DNA of 64,000 bases, taken from positions 21,012-85,011 of the IMG/VR virus record IMGVR_UViG_3300020473_000024. The stretch is one strand, 5' to 3'. The position numbers and the translations under genes were made by a program. A model generated the notes under the pieces. That model did not search any database. It was not told the DNA's origin and was given only the letters and a program-made list of their open reading frames with translations. The number at the start of each line of letters is the position of its first letter. Positions within the stretch are counted from its first letter, which is position 1. Shown here one piece after another: positions 20,481-29,918 of the stretch. Source of the DNA: a virus.

Positions 20481-20511
20481 CTCACAATAATTTTAATTGA
20501 ATAGGTGATTT

Positions 20512-20832
20512 ATGAATAACTTAAACATCAGTACGGGTGAAGTTAGTTTCTACGGTTTCATGTGCGGCTATCTCGACCGCACCGAAAACAGCGACACAGA
20601 TCAAAGTGTAGAAATATATCACGATGGTTTATTTCATGTGCGTATGTTTGATAATAAAGCGCCCAATGCTGGACGTGGCAAGGGTTTTAACGCTGGGTTG
20701 GACTGTGGCGCGTTTTGGCTATCATTCGAGCGTCTAACCGATGCGCGAAAACTATATCGAAAACTACGTACTTGCGTTAAACGTAACAATGATTATACTA
20801 GTATTTTAGCGTTTGATAACGGGGAGGTATAA
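20512..20832 (+). CDS. Hypothetical early protein
   Basis: TGAATAGGTGATTT-ATG. Confidence 0.65.
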   Translation: MNNLNISTGEVSFYGFMCGYLDRTENSDTDQSVEIYHDGLFHVRMFDNKAPNAGRGKGFNAGLDCGAFWLSFERLTDARKLYRKLRTCVKRNNDYTSILAFDNGEV

Positions 20833-20836
20833 GACA

Positions 20837-21208
20837 ATGATGACGTTACAAGAGGCTTACACAAAACAATCTGAGCTAGAAGATCAGATCAAAGAGTTAC
20901 AATCAGATCTATCTGATATGAAAAACAACCCTCAACTGTGGTGGGATCTAGATGGTCAATATAATGATATGCTAGATGATTGTCATGATCCTGTAGAAAT
21001 AGCAGGTATTGAATTTTCACCAAGCCAGATTTTAGCAGAGTGTGATCCGACTGCTTACCGTTGTTGTTTTTCAGACTATTGTTCCGACTATGACGTATAT
21101 TCAATGCCTGAGTATCAAGATCGTGAAAGTGAACTAGAAGATCTAGAATCCGAGCTAGAAGAGCTAGAAGAAGAGATCGACGAACTAGAATCTGAAGAAG
21201 AGGCATAA
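20837..21208 (+). CDS. Highly acidic protein (possible DNA mimic)
   Basis: GGAGG RBS; D/E-rich, C-terminal ESELEDLESELEELEEEIDELESEEEA. Confidence 0.65.
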   Translation: MMTLQEAYTKQSELEDQIKELQSDLSDMKNNPQLWWDLDGQYNDMLDDCHDPVEIAGIEFSPSQILAECDPTAYRCCFSDYCSDYDVYSMPEYQDRESELEDLESELEELEEEIDELESEEEA

Positions 21209-21213
21209 CAACT

Positions 21214-21375
21214 ATGATGTACACTAAAAACCAGATCATCTCTATTGGTGGGATAGAGTTTAAAATAATTGGTTTTGTAAATAGCCATACACTAGAGGTG
21301 GTTAGCACTGATCCAGTACCTAAGGGATTTAAACCTAAGCCTCAAACTATAGATATAAGTCAGATCGATAAGTAG
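21214..21375 (+). CDS. Small hypothetical protein (53 aa, not in ORF track)
   Basis: GAGG RBS; MMYTKNQIISIGGIEFKIIG... Confidence 0.5.
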   Translation: MMYTKNQIISIGGIEFKIIGFVNSHTLEVVSTDPVPKGFKPKPQTIDISQIDK

Positions 21376-21390
21376 TTTTAATAAAAGGGT

Positions 21391-21419
21391 TTGACAGGCT
21401 CAAGCCCTTTGTTTAAGAT
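21391..21419 (+). promoter_or_regulatory. Sigma70-type early promoter
   Basis: TTGACA-17 nt-TAAGAT. Confidence 0.6.
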
Positions 21420-21459
21420 TATTTTAGTATTAAGGTAAACAACCAATAAAGGTGACATT

Positions 21460-21873
21460 ATGAACAAGCAAGATCAGCAAGTGCAGGATTATTTGGATAA
21501 AATAGGGGTAAAATTCACTTGTGTTTATCAAGGACAGATTATAAAACACGACTGGAACGATCAAAAAGTCAACAGTTATAGGGTGACATTCGGTGAATAT
21601 TTTTATTCATTCTATCAAGGGTTAGGGATAAAAGAAGAGCCAACAGCGGCTAGTGTCCTGTATTGTCTACTATTTGATATTCTTATCGCTGATTACTCAG
21701 TACAGGAATACTTAGATGAGTTTGAAGGCGTAGACGAATACGATCTAACAGTAGCAAGGCAAGAAGAGATAAAAGCATTGATTGAACAATGCGGGGACTA
21801 CCGACTATGTTTAACTGACACTTTCACAACTGATCAGATCGATTATCTACGTGAATTATTAGAGGACTATTAA
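21460..21873 (+). CDS. Acidic hypothetical early protein
   Basis: AGGTGA RBS. Confidence 0.65.
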   Translation: MNKQDQQVQDYLDKIGVKFTCVYQGQIIKHDWNDQKVNSYRVTFGEYFYSFYQGLGIKEEPTAASVLYCLLFDILIADYSVQEYLDEFEGVDEYDLTVARQEEIKALIEQCGDYRLCLTDTFTTDQIDYLRELLEDY

Positions 21874-21874
21874 G

Positions 21875-22153
21875 ATGCAAATAACACAGATGATTAACAG
21901 CAACGGCAATCCAGCGGCTAACCAATTTGTAATAAATACGGATAAAGGGCAATACTTTCAAAGCTATGACACGTTAATAGCTTTTAAGCCTCGCACAGGT
22001 GACACGCCTATTATTACAAGCAGTTGGGATCATTCAGCTTCAACACTGAAGCATTTAAAGCTATTTCTAGGAACTAGCTTAAGTAAGAAGGAATTACAAA
22101 AGCGGATTAAATCAGGCGCTTTAATTCTCGACAATGATCTTAAGGTGGAATAA
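21875..22153 (+). CDS. Hypothetical early protein
   Basis: NQF...FQSY.TLIA...S..T.KHL pattern typical of small phage proteins. Confidence 0.65.
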   Translation: MQITQMINSNGNPAANQFVINTDKGQYFQSYDTLIAFKPRTGDTPIITSSWDHSASTLKHLKLFLGTSLSKKELQKRIKSGALILDNDLKVE

Positions 22154-22410
22154 TGTTTAATTTATTCAAAAGTAAGCCAAATACTAGCCAAGTAGAACGC
22201 AAGTTACAGAGTCAAGAACTCATGCGTAGTAAGCTAGCTATAACACTAATTGAGCTTGAAGCGGTTGCCAGTAATGATCTAATTGATGATCTGATGAAGT
22301 GTTTAGACATTGTTGGTAATAGCAAGCTGAAACACGGATCTTTTATTTGTGGCGGTTATAATATCGTTGTAAATGAAAATTCAATCAATATCGTTAAAAT
22401 GACAAATTAG
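22153..22410 (+). CDS. Hypothetical early protein
   Basis: TAATG coupling with upstream gene. Confidence 0.6.
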   Translation: MFNLFKSKPNTSQVERKLQSQELMRSKLAITLIELEAVASNDLIDDLMKCLDIVGNSKLKHGSFICGGYNIVVNENSINIVKMTN

Positions 22411-22419
22411 GGTGATACA

Positions 22420-22539
22420 ATGAAAAGAGAAATTTTACACGGTAAAAACTCACGCTTAAGCAAAGCAGAGCGCAAGCGCATCAAACAACTACGCCAGCAA
22501 CGCCAAGCCCCACGGGGTAAACAATGGCAAACTCAATAA
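22420..22539 (+). CDS. Small basic peptide (39 aa, not in ORF track)
   Basis: GGGTGA RBS; MKREILHGKNSRLSKAERKRIKQLRQQRQAPRGKQWQTQ. Confidence 0.55.
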   Translation: MKREILHGKNSRLSKAERKRIKQLRQQRQAPRGKQWQTQ

Positions 22540-22554
22540 TATATGTATATATAT

Positions 22555-22577
22555 AAGCCCCTTAATTGGGGCTTTTT
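22555..22577 (+). terminator. Rho-independent terminator
   Basis: AAGCCCC-TTAATT-GGGGCTTTTT. Confidence 0.75.
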
Positions 22578-22879
22578 AGTGCCTACCAGCTTATATTCCT
22601 TTTTAATATAAATACCCCAAAATATAAACTAAAATAGTCTTATACAGGGGTTGACAAATTCAGCATTGAGAGATCTCCCCCTACCCTATACAATGCCCCC
22701 ACTAAAGATTAAAACCGCTTAGAATGCGTTTGAGAGCGTTTTAGAGCTATATTAGTAAAAGTTATAAAAATAACCGGTTTATTCTTTTTAATTTTAAAAT
22801 AATTGCATTATCCCCTTGCATTATTCGATCACCCTACCTATACTTAGCCTACATTCATTAAATAAGTAAGGTAAACATC

Positions 22880-23170
22880 ATGGCTAAAGCAATACAGGCT
22901 CATTTCGGGACAGTTTCTAACGGACTAGGCGTTGAATGGGCTCTACGTGCGGATGGACAATGGTTTTCACGTTATCAAAACAACACACCGTATGGTGTAC
23001 AATGGAGCAAATGGGCAAAGGATGATCCAACGTGGGAAACTGGCGGAACTAACGCTTATTCAGGTGAACGGTTTGAATATGACGAGCCTCGGATTGCTTG
23101 CGGCTTTTCTTCACCGTGCGAGCGTATAGACGATGATTTAATCCCGCGTTGGAGATTGCCTAACGATTGA
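22880..23170 (+). CDS. Trp-rich hypothetical early protein
   Basis: AAGGT RBS; promoter-like TTGCAT-17 nt-TATACT upstream; hairpin at about 23207-23228 downstream. Confidence 0.65.
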   Translation: MAKAIQAHFGTVSNGLGVEWALRADGQWFSRYQNNTPYGVQWSKWAKDDPTWETGGTNAYSGERFEYDEPRIACGFSSPCERIDDDLIPRWRLPND

Positions 23171-23803
23171 TAACAATCCAACCGATTAGACATAACATCA
23201 AATCACAGGGGCGCATTAAGCGCCCTTTGTCGTTGGTGAAGCGAAAGAAAAACAAAAAGAATAAGCGCAACCAATATCACTCCATGTCTTTATAGCCTCT
23301 CATAGCCCTTCTAAGGGCTTTATTTTTGTGTCCTAGTGCAATCATATAGCCTACTCATTTTACGCCTAGATAATGCGATTCTGTTGATTAAATAGGCGTA
23401 AAATATATATATATACATATGTTATAGGCTTTATGTGAGAGATACTGAGGACTACGGGCGAATGTATGTCGAACAATTCTTTAATATTAAAATAATTCTA
23501 GTAAGTTTAAGATTAAAGAAAGTGTTCCACATGGAACATTCTTTTAATATTAAATCAATCAATATATTTAATATTAATCGATAAAATAAGTTAGCCGATA
23601 TGACCACCACAAGTGGGAATTTGTGCTAACAGTTGGTTAAATTGACTAATTTAATCAGAGCAAAACAAGCGAATAATTGAGCCTTGATTGCGTATAATAA
23701 GCATTATGTTAAATTTAATATTAAAGCCTTGATATTTTGGAATTATTGAGGTTTGACGCAGGACAGAAGGGGACTGTGTTAAACACCTCCCACGCCCCTA
23801 CCT

Positions 23804-23893
23804 AGATATTTATTTCTCAAGGAGGAGATATTTATTTCTCAAGGAGGAGATATTTATTTCTCAAGGAGGAGATATTTTTACAAAGAGAGGATA
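23804..23893 (+). repeat. Tandem repeat, 22 bp x3 plus a degenerate fourth copy
   Basis: AGATATTTATTTCTCAAGGAGG exact at 23804, 23826 and 23848. Confidence 0.9.
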
Positions 23894-24548
23894 AGCTCTA
23901 GGAGAGCCTATAACAGCTCGGATATTTTAGGATAGGTGGTAGGAGGATATTTTAATATTAAGCTCTTAGGGAGCTGTACAGAGCATCTGAGGTGAATATC
24001 TTAGGGTATGTGTTGGTTTGTTTGTAGAAGAGGGGAATAAAACAGGAAAAACAGGGATATTCTGTAAACAGAATGAGGGATATTTTGGTATGTGATATTT
24101 TAGTGGAGCGCCATGTATCATGGCTACTCCAGAGAATATAGAGTCCCTGATATTTCAGTGTTTGTTTTTACTTCTGTTTTCACTGTTAAGAACAGTGGTT
24201 TGTATTGGTATTTCCGATTATAACATTTTATTAACAATTAAAGAAAACACGACACTTACAATTTTTACATGTCTTCATAGATTTACTATCTTCTTTTGTT
24301 AAAGATTTTATCTTCCCAGAGGGTTTTAACTCCTCTTTTGTTTGTGGTGTAAGACAGCGGTAGCAGATTAACATATCAACTCTCCTCTATCAACTCATAT
24401 ACTCTGTCTAGCACTTCCTGATTATCCTCTTGCTCATCCAAAGAAACACCTTCTATCCAGCTCCACTCAATCCCACCTCCCCCAATTTTAAGGAAGTGGT
24501 GTTGTAGGATGTGTTTTAATATATCTGTGTCTGTCATGTTTATTCTCC

Positions 24549-24839
24549 TTAAAACAGTTTAATACTATCAGCCAATCGTTTAAGTTGGTCTTCCCCTTGT
24601 GTATAGAATCTCTGTTTAATCAGATAGCACAACTCAATCTCATCTTCTGGAGATAACCCCTCAAACACCTTCTTTGGATATAAATGTTCTCCTTTGTTGT
24701 CAATGAGGGCAACAATACCGTCAGGGAGGCAAGGATTCTCCAATGAATATCGTTCATAAGTATTATCACGATCTATCGAAGTTAGCTTCTCTACAATTGT
24801 GTCAGGATGATTTATCAGACGTATTAAATGTTCTCTCAT
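24549..24839 (-). CDS. Hypothetical protein
   Basis: ORF with upstream AGGA. Confidence 0.55.
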   Translation of the reverse strand: MREHLIRLINHPDTIVEKLTSIDRDNTYERYSLENPCLPDGIVALIDNKGEHLYPKKVFEGLSPEDEIELCYLIKQRFYTQGEDQLKRLADSIKLF

Positions 24840-24909
24840 AATTATTTATATCCTTTTATAATGTTAATTCACATTGTTGTGTTGATATATTGACAATATA
24901 GTGTTTATT

Positions 24910-25203
24910 TCACCAGTTATATTTAACCCAGTTTTTACACCAACCATCAGAATCGGTTATTACAGACAGGGTTAGACAGCTCCTCGCTACATTCCCATAC
25001 CCTGCTTCACCAACATCTCCTACTCTTCTATTCAGGTAAGCATAACCTTCGTACAAGTCAGAGTTTTCCACTTCTTTCATTTTCATAGATGACTCAGTTA
25101 ATTTAACACAAGCAACAACATCTTGTCTAGACTTATCTCCAATCTGCCTCGCATGATGACATGTCAGGCATCTTTGATTAACAGGGTTATGCTTCATAAT
25201 CAT
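24910..25203 (-). CDS. Cys-containing hypothetical protein
   Basis: CLTCHH...C...WC. Confidence 0.55.
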   Translation of the reverse strand: MIMKHNPVNQRCLTCHHARQIGDKSRQDVVACVKLTESSMKMKEVENSDLYEGYAYLNRRVGDVGEAGYGNVARSCLTLSVITDSDGWCKNWVKYNW

Positions 25204-25385
25204 TGTCCCCGACCAATTTTAGCTTCAAACTCTTGTTGAGTATCTTTTACATAAACCCAATCCCCGTTTGAAAAGTGAATCTTACTACTATCCTCGTTAA
25301 TTAAGATCAAAGTTACCCCTTTGGTGTTAACCAAAGCTTTTGTCCCACTATCTCGCATAGTTAATTCTATAAACACTATTACCTC

Positions 25386-25619
25386 CTAATAAAATGTATT
25401 TCTCTGGTTATCCCACATAGGGTTAGAATAAGGATAGACCTGTGGATTGATCATAGGACTAGCTTCTCTTGTTCGCTTTAAATCATCAACACCCTTCTTA
25501 TCTTTTCCTGCTCCATTAAAAGAAGAGAGGAGTGCTACGGCTTCATCCAAACTCTCACACTCCACTGTCATTTCTTTTGATACATCTCCTGCATATTCGC
25601 TAATAGTTAACTTAATCAT
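25386..25619 (-). CDS. Hypothetical protein
   Basis: GGAGG RBS. Confidence 0.55.
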   Translation of the reverse strand: MIKLTISEYAGDVSKEMTVECESLDEAVALLSSFNGAGKDKKGVDDLKRTREASPMINPQVYPYSNPMWDNQRNTFY

Positions 25620-25831
25620 AACGTAAATTCCTCCATTCGTCTAAGTGCTTTCTCTACACGTTCTTTCTGTTCCTCATAAGTTAGTTCGCCATTCCCTTCT
25701 CTATGTGCTCTACTCCAGTTACAGATAAGATTAACAGCTTCCTGCATCTTAGGATTGTTGCATGTAATAGAATACATTTGTATTGTGTGGAAGAAACCAT
25801 GTATGATATTTAATTGCTCTCTTTCAGTCAT
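25616..25831 (-). CDS. Hypothetical protein
   Basis: GAGGAG RBS. Confidence 0.6.
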   Translation of the reverse strand: MTEREQLNIIHGFFHTIQMYSITCNNPKMQEAVNLICNWSRAHREGNGELTYEEQKERVEKALRRMEEFTL

Positions 25832-25862
25832 TATAACTCCTCTGGTTGTTTGAATAAAGGTG

Positions 25863-26219
25863 TTAAGATCCTCTCGATGCTATTTCTGTGAATTGTGAAG
25901 GAGAGTTGTACGTGTAGCCTTCTTCGAAATAGCGCATCGCACAGTCACTCCCGTAACTATATTTTTCGTCATCATACCAAACTTTAGATCCGTAGTGAGT
26001 CTCGCCATAGTATTTAGCCCAGTCGGGTGCTCCACTCCAATCAACCAGAGAATGTGACTGAGCTTTTTGATTAGGTATATTGATTAGCTCTTCCTTATTG
26101 CGTTTTTCGTTATTAAAGAACGCATCTGTCAAAGCCAACACTTCTGCTAGCGTAGCATCTTGAATTTCGATGCTGTCAACATACCCATCACCTAAATCAC
26201 TTGTTAATGTAATTTTCAT
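25863..26219 (-). CDS. Hypothetical protein (DWS.APDWA module)
   Basis: GGAG RBS. Confidence 0.6.
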   Translation of the reverse strand: MKITLTSDLGDGYVDSIEIQDATLAEVLALTDAFFNNEKRNKEELINIPNQKAQSHSLVDWSGAPDWAKYYGETHYGSKVWYDDEKYSYGSDCAMRYFEEGYTYNSPSQFTEIASRGS

Positions 26220-26223
26220 AATG

Positions 26224-26763
26224 TTATTCTCCCAGTTGCTTCTTAATTTGTTCAGCCTGTTCTGGCGTTACTTCTAGTGTTAGCGTCACTTTCTCAGGCT
26301 TACGTTCAAATAATACAGTTCCATCACGATCGATAACTTTCATTATATCCCACTCTGATTGATTGAAGTGGGTTAAGTCATCTTCGATTTCGCACAGCTT
26401 GAAGCGAGTAAACAAGCTGAAATCTCTTGAGCCTAGTACATCACCCATGAGTTTACGACTAATCCGAGAATTACGGTGATGCAATCTTACGCCATCCCAT
26501 TTGCGCTTCTTCAAATCACTCTTACTAAATTGCTTTTGTGCCATTCCAATCTTCTCCTTAAATTGTTGCTTGGTGAGCTTAACCGAATTAGTATTCTCAC
26601 AATAACAAGTCCAGAAATAACCAAGCGCTGGGCTATATTTTAAGTATGTATCACTACTAGCCCACTCATACTGGATGTCACTTACAGAATAATTCTCCCA
26701 GATATAGTCCAGCATTTCTTGATCAAAATCATCTGTGTAAAAACTTTCATTAAAGTGATTCAT
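26224..26763 (-). CDS. Hypothetical protein
   Basis: AGGAG RBS. Confidence 0.65.
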   Translation of the reverse strand: MNHFNESFYTDDFDQEMLDYIWENYSVSDIQYEWASSDTYLKYSPALGYFWTCYCENTNSVKLTKQQFKEKIGMAQKQFSKSDLKKRKWDGVRLHHRNSRISRKLMGDVLGSRDFSLFTRFKLCEIEDDLTHFNQSEWDIMKVIDRDGTVLFERKPEKVTLTLEVTPEQAEQIKKQLGE

Positions 26764-26900
26764 AATTTCTCCTTATTCATTAGACATAACCCACTGTTGC
26801 CACAGCAAGACTAACAGAATCACACCACAAAGTAAAGACATTTTGATAAGTGGTATGAGAAAAATCTGGATAGCTAAATATAATACATATTCTGTCATAC

Positions 26901-27152
26901 TTACCTCTTAGTTCCACATGTATCCGCTAATTTCCTATAGTGTGTTAATAACTCCTCTTCCAACCTTTTCATAGCAACAGCTTTATTTCTGTGCTGACTA
27001 CGACTACTATCTTCTTTTACCTCTATCCCTGTCGGTATGTGGATGATATGAACTCCTTTTGCCATGTGAAAACCAAAAGAGCCAGAATAGAGTGCCCTCC
27101 TGTCATAGGAGAATATTCTAATATCATCTATGTTTATGACTGACTCAGACAT
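26901..27152 (-). CDS. Stand-alone class-I release-factor domain-3 homologue lacking GGQ
   Basis: GVHIIHIPTGIEVKEDSSRSQHRNKAVAMKRL matches the RF1/RF2 pattern HxPTG...RSQHxNKxxA; GGQ position reads FGF. Confidence 0.7.
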   Translation of the reverse strand: MSESVINIDDIRIFSYDRRALYSGSFGFHMAKGVHIIHIPTGIEVKEDSSRSQHRNKAVAMKRLEEELLTHYRKLADTCGTKR

Positions 27153-27472
27153 AATAACCTCTTCTGTTCTTTAATAGCCTCTTCTTCTCGAACATCTGTT
27201 TTGTCTGTATACTGGATATATGCCAACCTACTATCTCCATGTCCACAACAAGCATTCATTATCTCTTTATCTCCATCATTAACAAGAGTGCCTAAACAGC
27301 CATCATGCCCTTCTGGTGTTGGAAACTTTAGACATTCTCTACAGCGTAACCGTTGACCACCGCTGGCTAATAAAGGAGTCCATAACTTCTCACCTGTCTC
27401 TGTTAGTATCCAATACCCATCTTCATAGTGGATAGGATGCCCTAATGTGAACGCTCTCACTGTCATAATCAC
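27134..27472 (-). CDS. Cys/His-rich metal-binding hypothetical protein
   Basis: CREC...GHDGCLG...NACCGHG. Confidence 0.65.
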   Translation of the reverse strand: MIMTVRAFTLGHPIHYEDGYWILTETGEKLWTPLLASGGQRLRCRECLKFPTPEGHDGCLGTLVNDGDKEIMNACCGHGDSRLAYIQYTDKTDVREEEAIKEQKRLLCLSQS

Positions 27473-27681
27473 TCCTTACTAAAATTGCTTTTTAGAACCC
27501 ATTCTCCATTGTTCATATTAAACTTCATACCTGTGCTTGGGTCAATAGCAGACCATGAGAGATTGCCTCCTAGAGTTTCTAAATATTGTAGCAGTCCTTC
27601 GGCTTCTTCTGCTGTAACTCTCTCTGCTGTCAACCTCATTGGCTTATACACGAATAGCGTTATATTCATACTACTCACCAT
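27469..27681 (-). CDS. Hypothetical protein
   Basis: Packed in operon. Confidence 0.5.
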   Translation of the reverse strand: MVSSMNITLFVYKPMRLTAERVTAEEAEGLLQYLETLGGNLSWSAIDPSTGMKFNMNNGEWVLKSNFSKE

Positions 27682-27682
27682 C

Positions 27683-28432
27683 CTACTGTCTATAGTCGGT
27701 TAGTGTAAACAGCTTTTCAGTCGCTTTCTTAGCACCTGTATTTTTGGTTAGGCTGGAGTTAACATCTTTCTCCCACACACATACAAAATCATCGGGTGCA
27801 TTATATTCACTGACAAATATTGTGTGACCTTCTGCGTGTTTTTCTCGACACCACTGCCAGAACTCATCATGGTTGAATTTGGTTCTAGCTTCTCTATACT
27901 CTTTCGTTCCGTAGTACGGAATATCACAATACACTAAACTATTTGGTGGTAACTCTAAGTCTAAATAATTACTATGGCAGAATTTAACCCCCTGTAAATT
28001 GACAGATTGTTTAACTACATTTTTATAAGCTTCGTTAGGATAATCTCTAACTTTACCTTGCTTAGTTGTAACAACACCAGCGTAACCACCGTCAAAAAAT
28101 CTACCATTGTAGCTACCATTCACACCAATATAGCCAGTCAGGTACGGTTCTGATATATCACCTTTATAGTACATCTGTCTATGTTTATCATAAGTCGGTT
28201 TATCTATATGTTCTGGTGGAATCCACCCCTTAGATAACGCATCAAGCATAGCGATAACATAGTAATTGATATCAGCCCCAATCCGCTTACCTTCAACCTT
28301 GTCAATGACGTTCGCACCACCAACAAACGGCTCAACGTACCACTGGTCAGGCTTCCGATCTTTTAAAATAATCGGCAAAATGTGTTTTGCGTGTCTAGAT
28401 TTACTCCCCATGTATTTCATATTATTCACCAT
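27683..28432 (-). CDS. Dam-family (D12 class) DNA adenine methyltransferase
   Basis: KYMGSK, YVEPFVGG, catalytic motif variant DIPY, VSEY. Confidence 0.85.
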   Translation of the reverse strand: MVNNMKYMGSKSRHAKHILPIILKDRKPDQWYVEPFVGGANVIDKVEGKRIGADINYYVIAMLDALSKGWIPPEHIDKPTYDKHRQMYYKGDISEPYLTGYIGVNGSYNGRFFDGGYAGVVTTKQGKVRDYPNEAYKNVVKQSVNLQGVKFCHSNYLDLELPPNSLVYCDIPYYGTKEYREARTKFNHDEFWQWCREKHAEGHTIFVSEYNAPDDFVCVWEKDVNSSLTKNTGAKKATEKLFTLTDYRQ

Positions 28433-28823
28433 ACTTCTGTTTTAGTCGTTCGTATTGTTCGCGTTCGTATTGTTCACGCTTTTGTTTATATTCTTCCTCA
28501 CGCTTTAGCATAAGTTGTTCTTTTGACTTGCGTTCTTCTTCGTGTTCCCGTTTCTTTTCTTGGTAATACGATTCCATAGCTTCTTCTGAAACTAGGTGTT
28601 CAATAGGGATCATAATCGTTTGACTCTCGCCCTCATACCAAGGCTCTGAAAAATATGCACCAAATTCATAATCACCACACTCTGGATCAATATCGGAATC
28701 TGGGTACATAAATTCGTAATTATTCAATTTGGGGTATATATCTTTAATACGTTTAGCTAAACGCTCCCCACGTTCACTGATTACGGTTAATTGCTGTTTA
28801 AGTAATTCTGTATCAATATTCAT
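28422..28823 (-). CDS. Hypothetical protein with charged C-terminal coiled coil
   Basis: GGAGG RBS before MNIDT. Confidence 0.6.
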   Translation of the reverse strand: MNIDTELLKQQLTVISERGERLAKRIKDIYPKLNNYEFMYPDSDIDPECGDYEFGAYFSEPWYEGESQTIMIPIEHLVSEEAMESYYQEKKREHEEERKSKEQLMLKREEEYKQKREQYEREQYERLKQKYGE

Positions 28824-28902
28824 TTTATTCCTCCATATCAACAATAACTCTGTCTGGAACTCCCTTCAAAGTCTCCCTAATATCCTCATAAATCCCACCC
28901 TC

Positions 28903-29139
28903 TCACATCTCTAACCTGCATTGAAAGTCTCCGTGACGTTTTAACTGCTCAACAGTTCTATATCCGCTTTGAACCCAAGAGCACCCGCCCCATACAGGAT
29001 CTTTTTGCCAGATAAATAAACTTTCATTAAAATACTTACCATCAGCATAGTAGACTACTTTATCGGGTACATTGTCCCAACGTCTCGATTCTTCGTACTC
29101 TTTAGACGCTTGGAATAATTCTCTAAGCCCCATTATCAA
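28903..29139 (-). CDS. Hypothetical protein
   Basis: AGGAG RBS. Confidence 0.55.
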   Translation of the reverse strand: MIMGLRELFQASKEYEESRRWDNVPDKVVYYADGKYFNESLFIWQKDPVWGGCSWVQSGYRTVEQLKRHGDFQCRLEM

Positions 29140-29650
29140 TCTCCTTGATTAATTTTTCAATAAACCTTTTCCTCTCTTCGTATAGGTGTAGGTTGTTTTC
29201 TTCCTCTACAGCCTTTACCAACAAACCTAAATCTATGTTGTTATATCTCAAAGCGGATAATGCCGCTATTGCTTCATTGGCTGTTGAGGCTAGCCAGTTC
29301 TTTTCTTCTTCTTGGAGCAAATCTTTGAAGTAGCTATAAACCTCCTCCTCTTCACTCTCTAAAATATGGACAGGTATTTTCAGACTAGCCTCTTCAGTAA
29401 AGTCCTCCCACGGCATGGTGTAAACCCAATCAGCTACAATAATACCACCATCTTCTTGATCTGGATAAAACTCAAAACTAAGTGATCCGTTAATGAAAGC
29501 GTAACAGTCAAACCCAGATAAATATAAGTCAGTGTCTTGTTGTACCTGTCTTAGTATATCCCCGACTTCATTAATTTTGTATACAATATCTTCTTTACAC
29601 TTTGCATAAGATTTTAATGTTTCTCTGATATTCATATTAACCTCACTCAA
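29123..29650 (-). CDS. Acidic hypothetical protein
   Basis: GAGG RBS. Confidence 0.6.
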   Translation of the reverse strand: MSEVNMNIRETLKSYAKCKEDIVYKINEVGDILRQVQQDTDLYLSGFDCYAFINGSLSFEFYPDQEDGGIIVADWVYTMPWEDFTEEASLKIPVHILESEEEEVYSYFKDLLQEEEKNWLASTANEAIAALSALRYNNIDLGLLVKAVEEENNLHLYEERKRFIEKLIKEIDNGA

Positions 29651-29918
29651 TATTGATTAGGTCTTTTTTAAGAAACTTACCAACCCTACTACTTTTAAGT
29701 TTAGCTCCTCCTTCCTCCCACACCCAAAATAGGCAATACATTATACCGAACCACACTAGAGCCAAAAGAGGTGTAACAAAACATATAGTTAGGTATACTA
29801 CCTCCAATACATTGATAGATAATTTATCATGGTTATTCCAGAAAGATAATTTCCAACCAATATAAAAAACACAGGTTATATTTAATAAAATCCACAACAC
29901 CAAGAAAAACTTTAACAT
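29643..29918 (-). CDS. Membrane protein (2 TM)
   Basis: GGAGG RBS; two hydrophobic helices, basic tail. Confidence 0.6.
   Translation of the reverse strand: MLKFFLVLWILLNITCVFYIGWKLSFWNNHDKLSINVLEVVYLTICFVTPLLALVWFGIMYCLFWVWEEGGAKLKSSRVGKFLKKDLINIE

Noticed and set aside
23804-23893. 22-bp repeats as a CRISPR array or as functional RBSs
   Set aside because: Copies are head-to-tail without spacers; the AAGGAGG in each unit is not followed by a credible ORF.
24120-24302. 60-aa hydrophobic plus-strand ORF in the convergence region
   Set aside because: Low-complexity T-rich sequence with only weak RBS support; cannot be supported as a gene.
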